Shown: positions 9,648-20,481, counted from the first letter of the stretch. The stretch is DNA of 64,000 nt from an uncultured Verrucomicrobiae bacterium (GCA_963706955.1 CAVPOC010000008.1:672001-736000), one strand, 5' to 3'. The notes: generated by a model from the letters alone, not told the origin. Numbers and translations are program-made.

Positions 9648-9830
9648 TTAACCTGCGTCTACCGTCAGAACCTGGCGACCCTTGTAATAACCACACGCCG
9701 GACAGGCGGTGTGCCCACGCACACTGGCGCCGCACTGCGGGCACTGGGAAAGCTTTGGAGCATGCCAGCGGTTCGCCGCCTTGCGGGTGCGCAAGCGCAT
9801 CTTAGAGGTTTTGCGTTTTGGAACTCCCAT
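9648..9830 (-). CDS. rpmF: 50S ribosomal protein L32
   Basis: [10 protein letters not shown]...CPQC...[12 protein letters not shown], between yceD and plsX. Confidence 0.97.
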   Translation of the reverse strand: MGVPKRKTSKMRLRTRKAANRWHAPKLSQCPQCGASVRGHTACPACGYYKGRQVLTVDAG

Positions 9831-9842
9831 AAAATCCGTCTA

Positions 9843-10307
9843 TTATTTTTGTCGTTTTTCGGTCTTCAAACCATCCAGAACGCTCCATGGCGCGTTGCCC
9901 GGAGGCTGGGAGGCATCGCCGGGCGGCTGTAAAAAGCGGGCTGGACAGGTCTTCTTTCCCTCCGCATCACAGCGGGGATGAGCTGGAAGAGCAAGATGTA
10001 TATCTTCTCGGACCTCCTCGGTCAAGTCAACCGACTCCCTCCCGTCGAGTTCCTTTTGCAGCGCGAAGGGGTCGACAGACAACCTGGTTTCAAATTCGTC
10101 CAGACAGGCCACGCATCTCAGGCGCAAACATACACTGAGACGACCGGTGGCAAAGAGACCGCCACCGGATAGACCCACGTCTAATTGATACTCTAGGGGC
10201 GAACACGGCTGCGCGCCCACCTCTTCGAGGTCCAAGAAGCCGGCATCCTCGTCGCCCTCGACATGAAGAGTGCCACCCTGTGGAATTTGGCGCAGATGAA
10301 TCTTCAT
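9843..10307 (-). CDS. yceD: YceD/DUF177 family protein
   Basis: CVACL motif, DLTEEVREDIHLALP..PRC and W..LD.LK, upstream of rpmF. Confidence 0.88.
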   Translation of the reverse strand: MKIHLRQIPQGGTLHVEGDEDAGFLDLEEVGAQPCSPLEYQLDVGLSGGGLFATGRLSVCLRLRCVACLDEFETRLSVDPFALQKELDGRESVDLTEEVREDIHLALPAHPRCDAEGKKTCPARFLQPPGDASQPPGNAPWSVLDGLKTEKRQK

Positions 10308-10368
10308 TAACGAACGCTCCATTGAAAAGACGAAGTTTCAACGCGCAAGTTGAGTCCCGACAAGCGTG

Positions 10369-11961
10369 CTAGGGTCCTGCCGAGCGCCATTCCCGCCGCG
10401 GGGCACGTGCCAGTAAGAACTTGCGAAGCCACGCGAGCAGCGCGTGAGCCGGGTGCAAGGCAAAGGCGGTAAAGATCGGATCGAACGGGTAGCGGAATTC
10501 CCATTGAACGGACCCAAATAATGTCGCCAGCAGGCCGAGAAGGGCGATTCCTGTCAACAGCGGAATTCTCAGATCGACTGGCCCGGCCAAGCGTGCCAAC
10601 AACAAGCCGAATGCGCCGAACAAGAACCAGCAATAGTTTGGAATGAGTTTTCGGCTTATGTTGAACAAGGGATCGCCCGGCGCGTTGTAAGGAGGCGTTG
10701 CGGACACCTCCCAAGGCTTCACGTCAGGCTGCCAAGGGAGCCAAGAACCCTGCTTTCTTGTCTCATTGGCGACAAACAAAGGCGTCGAGGGGAGGAGATC
10801 TCCCTCGCTGGGCAAAGCCAAGCCCTTCGCAGTGTAGCGGGCATAGACCTCCTCTCTTTGCCGGGCGAAGGAGCGGCTCAGATCTCGCAAATTGCTGATC
10901 TTGAAAGTCTTCTTATCACGGTAATCAAACACGTTTTCGAGGTGCTCAAGGTAGCGCAAAAGAGAACCTCCTGGATCTCGCCAGATCGATTCCATTCCGG
11001 CCTTTCTCAGCAGATCGAAATCGGAGCCTGGGGCCTCCTTTTGCACCGTATAGATCAGCGAATTGAACATCCGCTGGGTGGAACATCGAAAGAAAATATC
11101 CGAGGTGATTTCGTGCTGCAGGTACACTGGGGTCGAAAGGATCTTTGCCTCAACGAAGTCTGCCAGTTGCCGGGAGGCTGGGCCATTTTCCGGCGAGATC
11201 ACGCGCTCCTGCACGAATAAGCGATAAAAGGGAAGGTGTGCATCGCCGAGCTTGGCGAAACAAAATTCACCATACCTAAAGTAATTGAATGAGCACATCG
11301 CCAGATAAACTGCCGCATAAATAGTCAAAAAAACGCCCGCATTCAGGAACCGACGAGCGAGGGTTACGTTTGCAGGGAGGAACGGAAGAAGGAAACACAA
11401 CAGGAAAGTTTGATTTCCCGGCCGATTGAGAACCAAAAGGGAGGCGAGCACTGCGCTGCCCGCCCACGCCCCAACGCGGCTCGAACCCATGGCGAAGAAA
11501 GTAAAACTAAACCAGAAGCAAAGCAGAACGGTCTGGAGGGTTTCGGAACCTACCGAGTTAAAGGACCAGAACAGCCAAAGGTTTAAGGCCACCAGGACGT
11601 TCAGAGCCCACGCCAAGAGGAGGCTGAACTCGCGCAAGACGGCGAAAACCGCGGTGATGCTTGCCGCGTAGGCAAGGGACAGAATCACCTCAATCCCTCC
11701 CTCCCCGAAGATCTGGAAGCATGTTCCGTAAAAGAGTGGCGTTAGCGGCGTGCGAAAGAGCATCAGCAGCGGAAACTCCGGCTCGAGCGCGAAAAGGTCT
11801 CGAAACCAGAGGAAGTACGTCGTCATGTCCCGTCCGGCCCGCAAGGGAAAGAAAAGCGCGAGGAGCCAGAACCACGCAACCATCACGAGGAAAGAGGCCA
11901 ACAATGGAGAGAACCTTCGCCAAGCCTCTGCGCTCCGAATCGAGGGGCGCGTGCTATTCAC
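10369..11961 (-). CDS. multi-pass membrane protein of unknown function (possibly GT-C/ArnT-like)
   Basis: 530 aa with many hydrophobic segments around a soluble loop; SETL and EFRY motifs. ORF overlaps the coaD stop codon. Confidence 0.7.
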   Translation of the reverse strand: MNSTRPSIRSAEAWRRFSPLLASFLVMVAWFWLLALFFPLRAGRDMTTYFLWFRDLFALEPEFPLLMLFRTPLTPLFYGTCFQIFGEGGIEVILSLAYAASITAVFAVLREFSLLLAWALNVLVALNLWLFWSFNSVGSETLQTVLLCFWFSFTFFAMGSSRVGAWAGSAVLASLLVLNRPGNQTFLLCFLLPFLPANVTLARRFLNAGVFLTIYAAVYLAMCSFNYFRYGEFCFAKLGDAHLPFYRLFVQERVISPENGPASRQLADFVEAKILSTPVYLQHEITSDIFFRCSTQRMFNSLIYTVQKEAPGSDFDLLRKAGMESIWRDPGGSLLRYLEHLENVFDYRDKKTFKISNLRDLSRSFARQREEVYARYTAKGLALPSEGDLLPSTPLFVANETRKQGSWLPWQPDVKPWEVSATPPYNAPGDPLFNISRKLIPNYCWFLFGAFGLLLARLAGPVDLRIPLLTGIALLGLLATLFGSVQWEFRYPFDPIFTAFALHPAHALLAWLRKFLLARAPRREWRSAGP

Positions 11962-12461
11962 TCGACCGGGGAGGCGATCTCTCCTTGCGAAAACTTCTCT
12001 TTCAGCCTTTGCGCGACAAGCGCGGGAACAAACGAGGTCACGTCTCCGCCGAGCCGACCCACCTCTTTAACGATCCGGGAGCTGAGAAAGGTATACTCTT
12101 CTTTGGGGGTCAGGAAAATCGTCTCGAGCCGAGGCTGCAAGCTTCGGTTCATTAGAGCCATCTGAAACTCAAACTCAAAATCGGAAACGGCCCGAAGACC
12201 GCGGATGACGACAAATGCATTCTCGGCCACCGCGAAGTCCACCAGCAGCCCATCGAGCTTCTTAACCAGGATGTTCGGCGTATCTTGAAGAGATTCCTCG
12301 ATCATGGAAATACGCTCGTCAGTGCTGAAGAGGGGGCGCTTGGCCTCGTTGTGCGCAACGGCGACGATGAGAGAATCGAAAAGGTGGCACGCACGGTGGA
12401 TAATGTCGATGTGCCCCAGGGTAAGAGGATCGAAGCTCCCCGGATAGATGGCTCGCGTCAC
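11958..12461 (-). CDS. coaD: pantetheine-phosphate adenylyltransferase
   Basis: [25 protein letters not shown] and SSRIVKE motifs. GTGA overlap with guaA. Confidence 0.97.
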   Translation of the reverse strand: MTRAIYPGSFDPLTLGHIDIIHRACHLFDSLIVAVAHNEAKRPLFSTDERISMIEESLQDTPNILVKKLDGLLVDFAVAENAFVVIRGLRAVSDFEFEFQMALMNRSLQPRLETIFLTPKEEYTFLSSRIVKEVGRLGGDVTSFVPALVAQRLKEKFSQGEIASPVE

Positions 12462-14032
12462 TCCCATTCGATGGTCGCGGGTGGCTTGCTGGAGACGTCG
12501 AAACAAACGCGGTTGACGCCGCGCACTTCATTGATGATCCGGGTGGAGATGCGCCCGAGCAGATCGTACGGAATTCGCACCCAGTCCGCGGTCATTCCGT
12601 CGAGGCTTTCAACAATGCGAAGGGCAATGGTGTTCTCGTAAGTGCGTTCGTCTCCCATGACACCGACGGATTGGACCGGCAGCAGCACGGCAAAGGACTG
12701 CCAAACCTTGTAGTACCATCCGCTGGCCTTCATCTCTTCGAGAACAATTGCGTCAGCGTCTCTCACGATCCGGAGTTTTTCGGAGGTTATCTCACCAAGG
12801 ATCCTGACGGCAAGGCCGGGGCCAGGGAAAGGCTGGCGATGGACGATTTCTTTTGGCAACCCGAGCTCGAGTCCCACTTCACGCACTTCGTCTTTGAAAA
12901 GCTGCCGCAGAGGCTCGACGAGCCGGAACTTCATGCGTTCGGGGAGACCGCCGACATTGTGATGGCTCTTAATGAGTGCGGCCGGGTTGCCCGAGATCGA
13001 AACACTCTCAATCACGTCGGGATAAAGCGTTCCTTGGGCGAGAAATCGGTATCGCCCCGGTGAGGTCTCCTTTAATTTGCGGGCTTCGGCCTCGAATACC
13101 TTGATGAACTCGTTGCCAATGATCTTGCGCTTTCGTTCCGGATCGACAACCTCCTTCAGCCGGGCCAGGAATCGTCGAGAGGCGTCAACAGTTCTGAGCC
13201 GGATGTGGAAATGCCCGCTAAAAAGCCGCTCGACGGCTTCCGCCTCGCGCGCGCGCAACAGTCCGTTATCCACAAAAATGCAGGTCAATTGATCGCCGAT
13301 GGCCTTATGGACCAGCGCCGCGGCCACCGAAGAGTCCACACCGCCGCTGAGACCCAAGATGACGCGACCTTCACCGACCTCCTCGCGAATCTGGCGGCAA
13401 GAACGCTCAATAAAAGAACCCATCGTCCACTTCGATTTACACCCGCAAATTCGATGAACGAAATTCTCGAGAATCACCTTTCCACGGGGGGTATGCGCGA
13501 CCTCAGGATGAAATTGAAGGCCGTAAATGCGTCGCTGGACGTCTCCGATTGCCGCGTTGGCTGAGTTCTCCGTCCTACCCAAGGCGCGAAAGCCTTTGGG
13601 AAGTTTCGTGATCTTGTCTCCGTGACTATTCCAAACGTCGAGTTCCGCGGGAAGGCCGCAAAAGAGATCGGATCGCCTGTCTACCTGCAGTTTTCCCGGA
13701 CCATACTCACGCTGCGCGGAACGCTCAACATTCCCGCCGAGATCAAAGGCAAGAAGCTGCAGCCCGTAGCAAATCCCGAGAATAGGCACTCCCAATGCGT
13801 AGATATCTTTGTCGAGTAGGGGAGCATTGGGCGCGTAAACGCTCGCCGGACCACCCGAAAGAATAATTCCTTTTGGCGCAGCGTCTCGAATAGTCGAGCA
13901 TCGGGTCCAAAATGGAAGGATCTCGGAATAGACGCGACATTCGCGCACTCGTCGGGCGATCACCTGCGTATATTGCGAGCCAAAATCAAGAATGATGATT
14001 TTGTCCTCGGGTGAGAACGCATGTTCGGACAT
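12458..14032 (-). CDS. guaA: glutamine-hydrolysing GMP synthase
   Basis: [31 protein letters not shown] and KPPATIEWE motifs. Confidence 0.98.
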   Translation of the reverse strand: MSEHAFSPEDKIIILDFGSQYTQVIARRVRECRVYSEILPFWTRCSTIRDAAPKGIILSGGPASVYAPNAPLLDKDIYALGVPILGICYGLQLLAFDLGGNVERSAQREYGPGKLQVDRRSDLFCGLPAELDVWNSHGDKITKLPKGFRALGRTENSANAAIGDVQRRIYGLQFHPEVAHTPRGKVILENFVHRICGCKSKWTMGSFIERSCRQIREEVGEGRVILGLSGGVDSSVAAALVHKAIGDQLTCIFVDNGLLRAREAEAVERLFSGHFHIRLRTVDASRRFLARLKEVVDPERKRKIIGNEFIKVFEAEARKLKETSPGRYRFLAQGTLYPDVIESVSISGNPAALIKSHHNVGGLPERMKFRLVEPLRQLFKDEVREVGLELGLPKEIVHRQPFPGPGLAVRILGEITSEKLRIVRDADAIVLEEMKASGWYYKVWQSFAVLLPVQSVGVMGDERTYENTIALRIVESLDGMTADWVRIPYDLLGRISTRIINEVRGVNRVCFDVSSKPPATIEWE

Positions 14033-14039
14033 TAAGGGC

Positions 14040-14045
14040 AGTCTA
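14040..14045 (-). promoter_or_regulatory. putative -10 hexamer (TAGACT) of a leaderless guaA transcript
   Basis: TAGACT lies 7 nt upstream of the guaA ATG, with no Shine-Dalgarno sequence in between. Confidence 0.45.
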
Positions 14046-14175
14046 TCGAAAATTAGGGTGAATGATCCTTGGAAAACCCGACTGGCATTCGAAAGGTCAG
14101 GATGACCAGGGGCCCTCTCGCTCGCACATTCTGACTGTGAGAGGCGCCGCGTTCATTTTCGGCGCATTCCGGAGC

Positions 14176-14358
14176 TCATCGGAATTCAGGCCCAAAGGAA
14201 TCGGAGGTGGGATCATTCGGGACGATGCGACCCTTGCCTCTAATCCCGCGTTCGAACGTCTCGCCGACCTCGGAGGCATCCTGCTCGGCGACGGTGCATC
14301 CTGCCAGGGCGACTGCCAAGATGCAGAAAAGAAGAGTCACACATCTCACACCAGTCAT
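14176..14358 (-). CDS. small lipoprotein (about 60 aa)
   Basis: Hydrophobic signal ending in the lipobox LAGC, followed by a charged tail. Confidence 0.65.
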   Translation of the reverse strand: MTGVRCVTLLFCILAVALAGCTVAEQDASEVGETFERGIRGKGRIVPNDPTSDSFGPEFR

Positions 14359-14378
14359 AATAAAAAGACCGACCCTTA

Positions 14379-14960
14379 ATGGCAACTCTCATTCCGCCCG
14401 AGGAATTGCTAAGCCTTTATTCCACCGGATGGTTTCCGATGGCGATGGCGGATGGTTCAATTCGTTGCTTTTCTCCCGACCCCCGTGGGATCCTGCCGCT
14501 CGAAGGCTTTCATATACCCCACGGTGCAAGAAAGGCACTGCGCGATCCGGAATGGGCGGTGCTCCAGAATACGAGCTTTGCGCAAGTGGTTCGCGCCTGT
14601 TCGCATCGACGGGAAACCTGGATCGACGAGACCATTGTTCAAAGCTACATCGGCCTCCATCAGGCAGGTCACGCCCACTCGCTCGAGATCTGGCGCCAGG
14701 GAATGCTCGTCGGTGGTCTCTATGGAGTCGTCATTGGCGGCGCCTTTTTCGGTGAGTCTATGTTTCATCATGTTGCCGGTGCTTCGAAAGTGGCTCTTGT
14801 GACATTGGTAGCGCGGCTGAAAGAGGCCGGCTTTCAGCTTCTCGACACTCAATGGACTACCCCGCATCTGGTCCAATTCGGGGCGGTCTCAATTCCGAGA
14901 AGAGAATATCTGCACCGCTTGCAACTCGCGATCCGGGCCACTCCCAAGAGCCTCTGGTAA
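14379..14960 (+). CDS. aat: leucyl/phenylalanyl-tRNA--protein transferase
   Basis: GWFPM, SPDPRGILP, TWI, LVGGLYGV, FFGESMF, ASKVAL and LLDTQ motifs. Confidence 0.95.
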   Translation: MATLIPPEELLSLYSTGWFPMAMADGSIRCFSPDPRGILPLEGFHIPHGARKALRDPEWAVLQNTSFAQVVRACSHRRETWIDETIVQSYIGLHQAGHAHSLEIWRQGMLVGGLYGVVIGGAFFGESMFHHVAGASKVALVTLVARLKEAGFQLLDTQWTTPHLVQFGAVSIPRREYLHRLQLAIRATPKSLW

Positions 14961-15094
14961 TCGCCAGCCGGCGAGGGAGATGAGCTCGTCTTTCTCGGGT
15001 GTCACTCGGATTTCCTTTTCATGCTTGCTTGTCGTGAGCATCTGTTGGCGAACTCTTCGAGAAGCTCCAGAGCAACAAACCGGCAGCATTAATC

Positions 15095-16099
15095 ATGAAA
15101 ACGGCCGTCTTCAGCACCAAACCCTACGATGCAAAATTCCTTACCGCGGCAAACGCCAGTGCCGGCCACGAACTTGACTTCTTTGAGGAGAAGCTCAGTC
15201 CCCATACAGCTAAGCTGGCGGAAGGACATGTCGCGGTCTGCGCCTTCGTGAATGACATCCTGAATGCACGCACGCTCGATATCCTCCATCGCCAGAACGT
15301 TCGCTTTGTGGCGCTGCGTTGCGCAGGATTCAATCAGGTCGACGTGCGATATGCTTCCTCCTTGGGACTGAAGATCACCCATGTCCCCGCCTACTCGCCG
15401 TATGCGGTGGCAGAATTCGCCCTCGCGCTCGTTCTCGCGCTGAATCGTCGAATTCACCGTGCGTATAACCGGGTTCGGGACGGCAACTTTTCCATCGATG
15501 GGCTACTCGGGTTCGATCTCCACCAAAAGACCGTTGGTATCGTTGGAACCGGAAAGATTGGGCGAGTGCTCTCAGGCCTTTTTACGGGTTTTGGCGTCAA
15601 CCTCCTCGGCTATGATCTCTATCAAAATCGCGAATTTATTGAACTCGGCGGCAAGTATGTCGATTTGGAGACCTTATTCGCTGAGTCCGACATTATCAGC
15701 CTTCATTGTCCGCTGACGCCGCAAACGTTCCATCTCATCGATGCGGAGAGCGTAGGGAAGATGAAGAAGGGAGTCATGATCATTAATACCAGCCGAGGGG
15801 CGCTCGTGGACGCGAGTGCAGTCATTGAAGGACTAAAATCCGAGCAAATCGGCTACCTCGGTCTCGATGTGTATGAACAGGAAGCCGACCTCTTCTACGA
15901 AAATCTTTCCGAGCGCATCATTCAGGACGACGTGCTCCAGCGCCTGGTTACATTTCCCAATGTCATCGTGACCTCTCATCAAGCCTACTTCACGGATCGA
16001 GCTCTCGAGAATATCTCCAACACCACCGTTGCGAATCTGACCGAATTTGAACGCGGCGACACCCTGGTGAACGAAGTCACCCTCGCGATGCTGCATTGA
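15095..16099 (+). CDS. ldhA: D-lactate / D-2-hydroxyacid dehydrogenase
   Basis: LRCAGFN, VPAYSPYAVAE, GTGKIG, INTSRG, LDVYEQE and SHQAY motifs. Confidence 0.9.
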   Translation: MKTAVFSTKPYDAKFLTAANASAGHELDFFEEKLSPHTAKLAEGHVAVCAFVNDILNARTLDILHRQNVRFVALRCAGFNQVDVRYASSLGLKITHVPAYSPYAVAEFALALVLALNRRIHRAYNRVRDGNFSIDGLLGFDLHQKTVGIVGTGKIGRVLSGLFTGFGVNLLGYDLYQNREFIELGGKYVDLETLFAESDIISLHCPLTPQTFHLIDAESVGKMKKGVMIINTSRGALVDASAVIEGLKSEQIGYLGLDVYEQEADLFYENLSERIIQDDVLQRLVTFPNVIVTSHQAYFTDRALENISNTTVANLTEFERGDTLVNEVTLAMLH

Positions 16100-16207
16100 A
16101 AGGGCCGTGCCACCGGCAAGTCATTTTCGAACAAGCTCCGCTATTCTTCCGCGACGGTTCGGGGGGAGCCTTGCTGTGCCGGTGAAGGGAGCTCGAAGAA
16201 CAAATTT

Positions 16208-16999
16208 ATGAAACACGATCTGCAGAAGGACTTCTCGTATTCGGCGCTTCGCCCCTTTCGGCGGTCATTCATGGATGGGATGCCCATTCTCGCCTACCAT
16301 AAATTGGGCGCTCTCCCGGCGGGTGCAAAGATGAGGAGCCTGTATGTTGGCGACAAGCTGTTCGCCTGGCAAATGCGCGAACTTCATCGCGCCGGCTTTG
16401 CGACCAGATCTTTGGACTCGTGGGACCAGAATTCGCACCCTCACCGCCGACGCGTCATCCTCACCTTTGATGACGGAAGCCTCACCGTCTTCCGCAACGC
16501 TCTGCCCGTGCTCGCGCGCTACGAGATCCGGACCATTCAGTTTCTCGTGACCGACGCAATCGGAGGAACTAATCATTGGGATGTCCGTCGCCGCGGCGAG
16601 GTGCCCGATCCTCTTATGGCCGCGGCTGAGGTCCGGGATTGGCTTTCTGCCGGCCAGGAGATCGGCTCGCACACTCTCAGCCATGTGAATTTGACCGCGA
16701 TTCCGGAGCCGCAAGCCAAGGAAGAGATCAGCGCATCGAAGAAGAAGCTGGAGGATCTTTTCGGAATCGCGATACATCACTTCTGCTATCCGTATGGCAA
16801 ATGGTCGCGCCGAGTAAGAGACCTTGTCGAGGGAGCCGGCTACACGACCGCCGTCACCTACGATTTCGGCGTGAATACCGGAACGCGAGATCCTTTCGCC
16901 CTCCGTAGGATCGGCGCCAAACATCCCTCATGCAGCTTACGTAACCTCGCCGCCTTGCTTCCGATAGGTTTTCCGCTTCAGTTTTTCTGGCAGCGGTAG
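16208..16999 (+). CDS. polysaccharide deacetylase (CE4); start may be 16271 or 16280
   Basis: PILAYH, LTFDDG, GSHTLSH and FCYPYG motifs. Confidence 0.9.
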   Translation: MKHDLQKDFSYSALRPFRRSFMDGMPILAYHKLGALPAGAKMRSLYVGDKLFAWQMRELHRAGFATRSLDSWDQNSHPHRRRVILTFDDGSLTVFRNALPVLARYEIRTIQFLVTDAIGGTNHWDVRRRGEVPDPLMAAAEVRDWLSAGQEIGSHTLSHVNLTAIPEPQAKEEISASKKKLEDLFGIAIHHFCYPYGKWSRRVRDLVEGAGYTTAVTYDFGVNTGTRDPFALRRIGAKHPSCSLRNLAALLPIGFPLQFFWQR

Positions 17000-17141
17000 A
17001 GGATGTTAAATCATCATGCCGCCGCGATGATGAATCGAAAAGTTTGGAGGCGCCCCCAACAACTCGTCCAGCTCGGCTACAATCTCTGAAGAAGGAAGCT
17101 CCATACGGGAGTTCGTCTGGCGCATCAACGCGACGCTGGAC

Positions 17142-19910
17142 TCACTTTGCGGCGGAAACTAGCTTCCTCGCCTCAGCCAACGCGTCATTAGTGTTTGCAG
17201 GCTCTCTGCCACCGCCGCGCGCATTGTCCGGACGACCTCCACCCTTCCCTCCGACCAGGGGAGCAATTTGCTGGATAAGTTTTCCGGCCTGAATTTTCGA
17301 GGTAAAATCGGGTGAAACTGCGGCCGCTAAGGAGACGCTACCACGATCACTCGCCGCCAAGACGACGACGCCGCGAAACTCGCTTTTCAACGAATCGACA
17401 ATTGCCTGCAAGGCATCGCCGTCAATCTGGCCCAAGTTGGCAATGATCGTTGGGATGCCATTAATGAGCTCTGTGGTGGCAGCGAGTTCCTTCGCGCGAA
17501 CAGCCGATTCCTTCTGAGAGGCAGCCTTGAGCGCCTTTTCGAGCTCCTTGGAACGCGCGAGCACCGCCTCAAGCTTCTTTTCCAGATCCCCCAATGGGCT
17601 GTTCAGTTTGGCTGCCAGAGCTCTCAAACGCTCGCTTTCCACGGAGGCGGTTTCGAAAGATCGGAGGCCGGCTAAAGCTTCTATTCGGCGCACCCCCGCG
17701 GCGATAGCTGTCTCCGAAACGATACGAAACAACCCGATCTCGCCGGTGGCACGGGTGTGTGTGCCCGCGCAAAGCTCCATCGAGTAGCCGTTCAGTGCCT
17801 TGGGCTCGCCGCCGATTTGAACGACACGGACGGTTTCGCCATACTTGTCTCCAAAAAACTGCATGATGTCGGCTCGCTCCCTGACTCCGGCGTAGGGCAC
17901 CTCCGTCCAGGAGACCCGAGCGTTCTCAAGGATCTTTTCGTTGACGAGTTTCTCGACGTCGCCGATCTGCGCCGGTGTCAGCGGCTGATGGTTGAAATCG
18001 AAGGTCAGCTTGTCCGCTCCCACATAGGACCCTTTTTGCGACGCCTGCTTGCTGACGACTTCGTGCAATGCCCAATGAAGCAGGTGCGTCACGGTGTGAT
18101 GTCGCTGAATTGCCGCGCGACGGACCAAATCCACGGCTACACGCACGGCTTCACCGACCTCGGGAACGCGACCGTCAGCGAGCGCGCTACGATGGATAAA
18201 TACATTGCCCTTCCTCTGCGTATTGGTGATCTGCAGGCGACCGAGCTCCGACCAGTCGGGTCCCGGCACATGGATCAGACCAGTGTCACCCACTTGACCA
18301 CCCATTTCCGCATAACAGGCGGTGCGATCGACGATCAGGTCGAATTCAGCGCTCCTTGCCGTTGGTGCGACCGCCTCGACCACGGCTTCGGTTTCAAAGA
18401 AGTCATAGCCGAGGAACTTCGTCGCTCCGATCTGAAGATTCTCTTCAGAAACCGAAATAACCTCTCTTTTCTGTGCCCGGCGCGCGCGAGCGCGCTGCTC
18501 CTCCATTAGCCTTTCGAAACCGGCAACGTCCACCGACAATCCGCGTTCACGTGCCATCAATTCTGTTAGGTCGAACGGAAAGCCGTAGGTGTCGTAAAGC
18601 TCAAAAGCAATGTGGCCGGCGACGACGTTTTCGGGGACCGATAATCCCGAGGAGGAGCCTTTTGGTGGAGCGGCGACCTTGAGCGCAAGATTGAACTCTT
18701 CAATTCCCCGGTCGAGTGTCTTGTTGAAAGCCTCCTCCTCTTTTTTGAGCACGTCGGCAACGTGCTGTTGTTTGTCGCGAATCTCGGGAAAAACATCGCC
18801 CATTGTCCGGGCAAGAACTGCAACCAGCCTGTAAAAGAATGGCTCCCGAAAACCCAACGTCCGGCCGTAGCGCACCGCGCGCCGGAGGATCCGCCGTAAA
18901 ACATAGTGGCGGTCGGTATTGCCCGGTTCGATGCCATCCGCGATCGCAAAGCCGAGGGTGCGAATGTGATCGGCGATGACACGAAAGGCCACGTCGGTGG
19001 CCTGTTGAGCGTCCAGTTTCGAGAGCTCAGAGGAGTCCGGTAGGGTGCTGCGGTACTTTTTATCGCTCAGGGTTTCGATCTCGTTAAAAATCGGCCGAAA
19101 GATGTCCGTTTCGTAATTGGAGATCGTTACACCAGCGAACTTGGTGAAATTATGCGTGCCCTGGATGATGCTGGTTACCCGCTCGAAACCCATGCCTGTA
19201 TCGACATGCTTCGCCGGCAGCGGCGAAAACGTTCCCTCAGGGTTCGCGTTGAACTGGATGAAGACGAGGTTCCAGATCTCGATGCACTCAGCGACTCCTT
19301 TGTTAACGAGGGTCCCGCGCGTGTCACCATGCGCCGTGAGGTCCATATGAATTTCTGAGCAGGGTCCACATGGTCCCGTGTCTCCCATCATCCAGAAGTT
19401 ATCCTTTTTGTTGCCATCGACGATGTGAACTTCCGGGTCAAGTCCTGCGCTAGCGAAATGCTGTCTCCAGCAATCGTAGGCCTCCTGATCAAAGTCGCTC
19501 GGGTCACTCGGACCAGGCCGGTAGACGGTCGCGTAGAGTCGGTTTGGGGGAAATTTCCAACGTTGGACAATCAGTTCCCACGCCCAGGCGATGGCTTCCT
19601 TCTTGAAGTAGTCGCCAAAGGACCAGTTGCCGAGCATCTCGAAGAACGTGTGATGATAGGTATCGAGCCCAACGTCTTCGAGATCGTTGTGTTTGCCTCC
19701 GGCCCGGATGCACTTCTGAGTGTCTGCGACGCGCCCCGGCACATAGGGACACTTCACCTCGCCAAGAAAGATAGGGACGAACTGGTTCATGCCCGCGTTG
19801 GTAAAAAGCAAATTCGGCGAATCGGGCATCAAGCTCGAGGAGGGCACGATCGTGTGCTGCTTCTCCCGGAAAAATTCGAGAAAGGAGTTACGAATTTCAG
19901 CGCTGGTCAT
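17142..19910 (-). CDS. alaS: alanine--tRNA ligase
   Basis: LLFTNAGMNQF, HHTFFEMLGNWSFGDYFK, DTGMGFER, IADHIR, HxxxH editing site, ELCAGTH and GGKGGG motifs. Confidence 0.99.
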   Translation of the reverse strand: MTSAEIRNSFLEFFREKQHTIVPSSSLMPDSPNLLFTNAGMNQFVPIFLGEVKCPYVPGRVADTQKCIRAGGKHNDLEDVGLDTYHHTFFEMLGNWSFGDYFKKEAIAWAWELIVQRWKFPPNRLYATVYRPGPSDPSDFDQEAYDCWRQHFASAGLDPEVHIVDGNKKDNFWMMGDTGPCGPCSEIHMDLTAHGDTRGTLVNKGVAECIEIWNLVFIQFNANPEGTFSPLPAKHVDTGMGFERVTSIIQGTHNFTKFAGVTISNYETDIFRPIFNEIETLSDKKYRSTLPDSSELSKLDAQQATDVAFRVIADHIRTLGFAIADGIEPGNTDRHYVLRRILRRAVRYGRTLGFREPFFYRLVAVLARTMGDVFPEIRDKQQHVADVLKKEEEAFNKTLDRGIEEFNLALKVAAPPKGSSSGLSVPENVVAGHIAFELYDTYGFPFDLTELMARERGLSVDVAGFERLMEEQRARARRAQKREVISVSEENLQIGATKFLGYDFFETEAVVEAVAPTARSAEFDLIVDRTACYAEMGGQVGDTGLIHVPGPDWSELGRLQITNTQRKGNVFIHRSALADGRVPEVGEAVRVAVDLVRRAAIQRHHTVTHLLHWALHEVVSKQASQKGSYVGADKLTFDFNHQPLTPAQIGDVEKLVNEKILENARVSWTEVPYAGVRERADIMQFFGDKYGETVRVVQIGGEPKALNGYSMELCAGTHTRATGEIGLFRIVSETAIAAGVRRIEALAGLRSFETASVESERLRALAAKLNSPLGDLEKKLEAVLARSKELEKALKAASQKESAVRAKELAATTELINGIPTIIANLGQIDGDALQAIVDSLKSEFRGVVVLAASDRGSVSLAAAVSPDFTSKIQAGKLIQQIAPLVGGKGGGRPDNARGGGREPANTNDALAEARKLVSAAK

Positions 19911-20111
19911 GAAAGCCTTTCAGACTGCCTACCTCGGCCGCCGAGTCAAGCGGCGCGCATAGCGGGAGCTGTGGTGGCGGGGTCGTTATCCACAGATTAC
20001 ATGGATAGACACAGATTGCAGGGCATGAGAAGCGGCTGGTGAGGCCTGACGTTGCTGAAAAAGGTAGGAGCAAGGCTAGCGCTGAGTCCGTTACCGGCCG
20101 ATATTCCCCGC

Positions 20112-20468
20112 ATGAGTACGCTCCAAGAATCCAGATGCACGGCGTGCCGCGCTGATGCTCCGCGAGTCACCGACCAGGAGATCGCCGAACTCAAACCACA
20201 GATTCCGGATTGGCAGATCGTGGAGCGCGATGGAATTCCCCAACTGGAGCGCGTGTTTCGCGTCAACAACTTCGTCGAAGCCCTCGAATTCACGAACAAG
20301 GTGGGAGTGCTCGCGGAGTCGGAAGGACATCATCCTGCTATTCTCACGCAGTGGGGCAGCGTCACGGTTACCTGGTGGACGCATAAGATCCGCGGCTTGC
20401 ACCGCAACGACTTCATCATGGCCTCCAAAACTGATCGGCTCGCGGCCGAGCTGCCCATGAAGAAATAA
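20112..20468 (+). CDS. phhB: pterin-4-alpha-carbinolamine dehydratase
   Basis: CTAC, EGHHP and [17 protein letters not shown] motifs. Confidence 0.93.
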   Translation: MSTLQESRCTACRADAPRVTDQEIAELKPQIPDWQIVERDGIPQLERVFRVNNFVEALEFTNKVGVLAESEGHHPAILTQWGSVTVTWWTHKIRGLHRNDFIMASKTDRLAAELPMKK

Positions 20469-20481
20469 TTCGGTTCTCGTT

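Noticed and set aside
14046..14175. Purine riboswitch upstream of guaA
   Set aside because: No recognisable consensus, and a -10-like hexamer sits immediately before the start codon.
19986..19994. Replication origin
   Set aside because: There is only one DnaA box, no AT-rich unwinding element and no dnaA/dnaN/gidA context.
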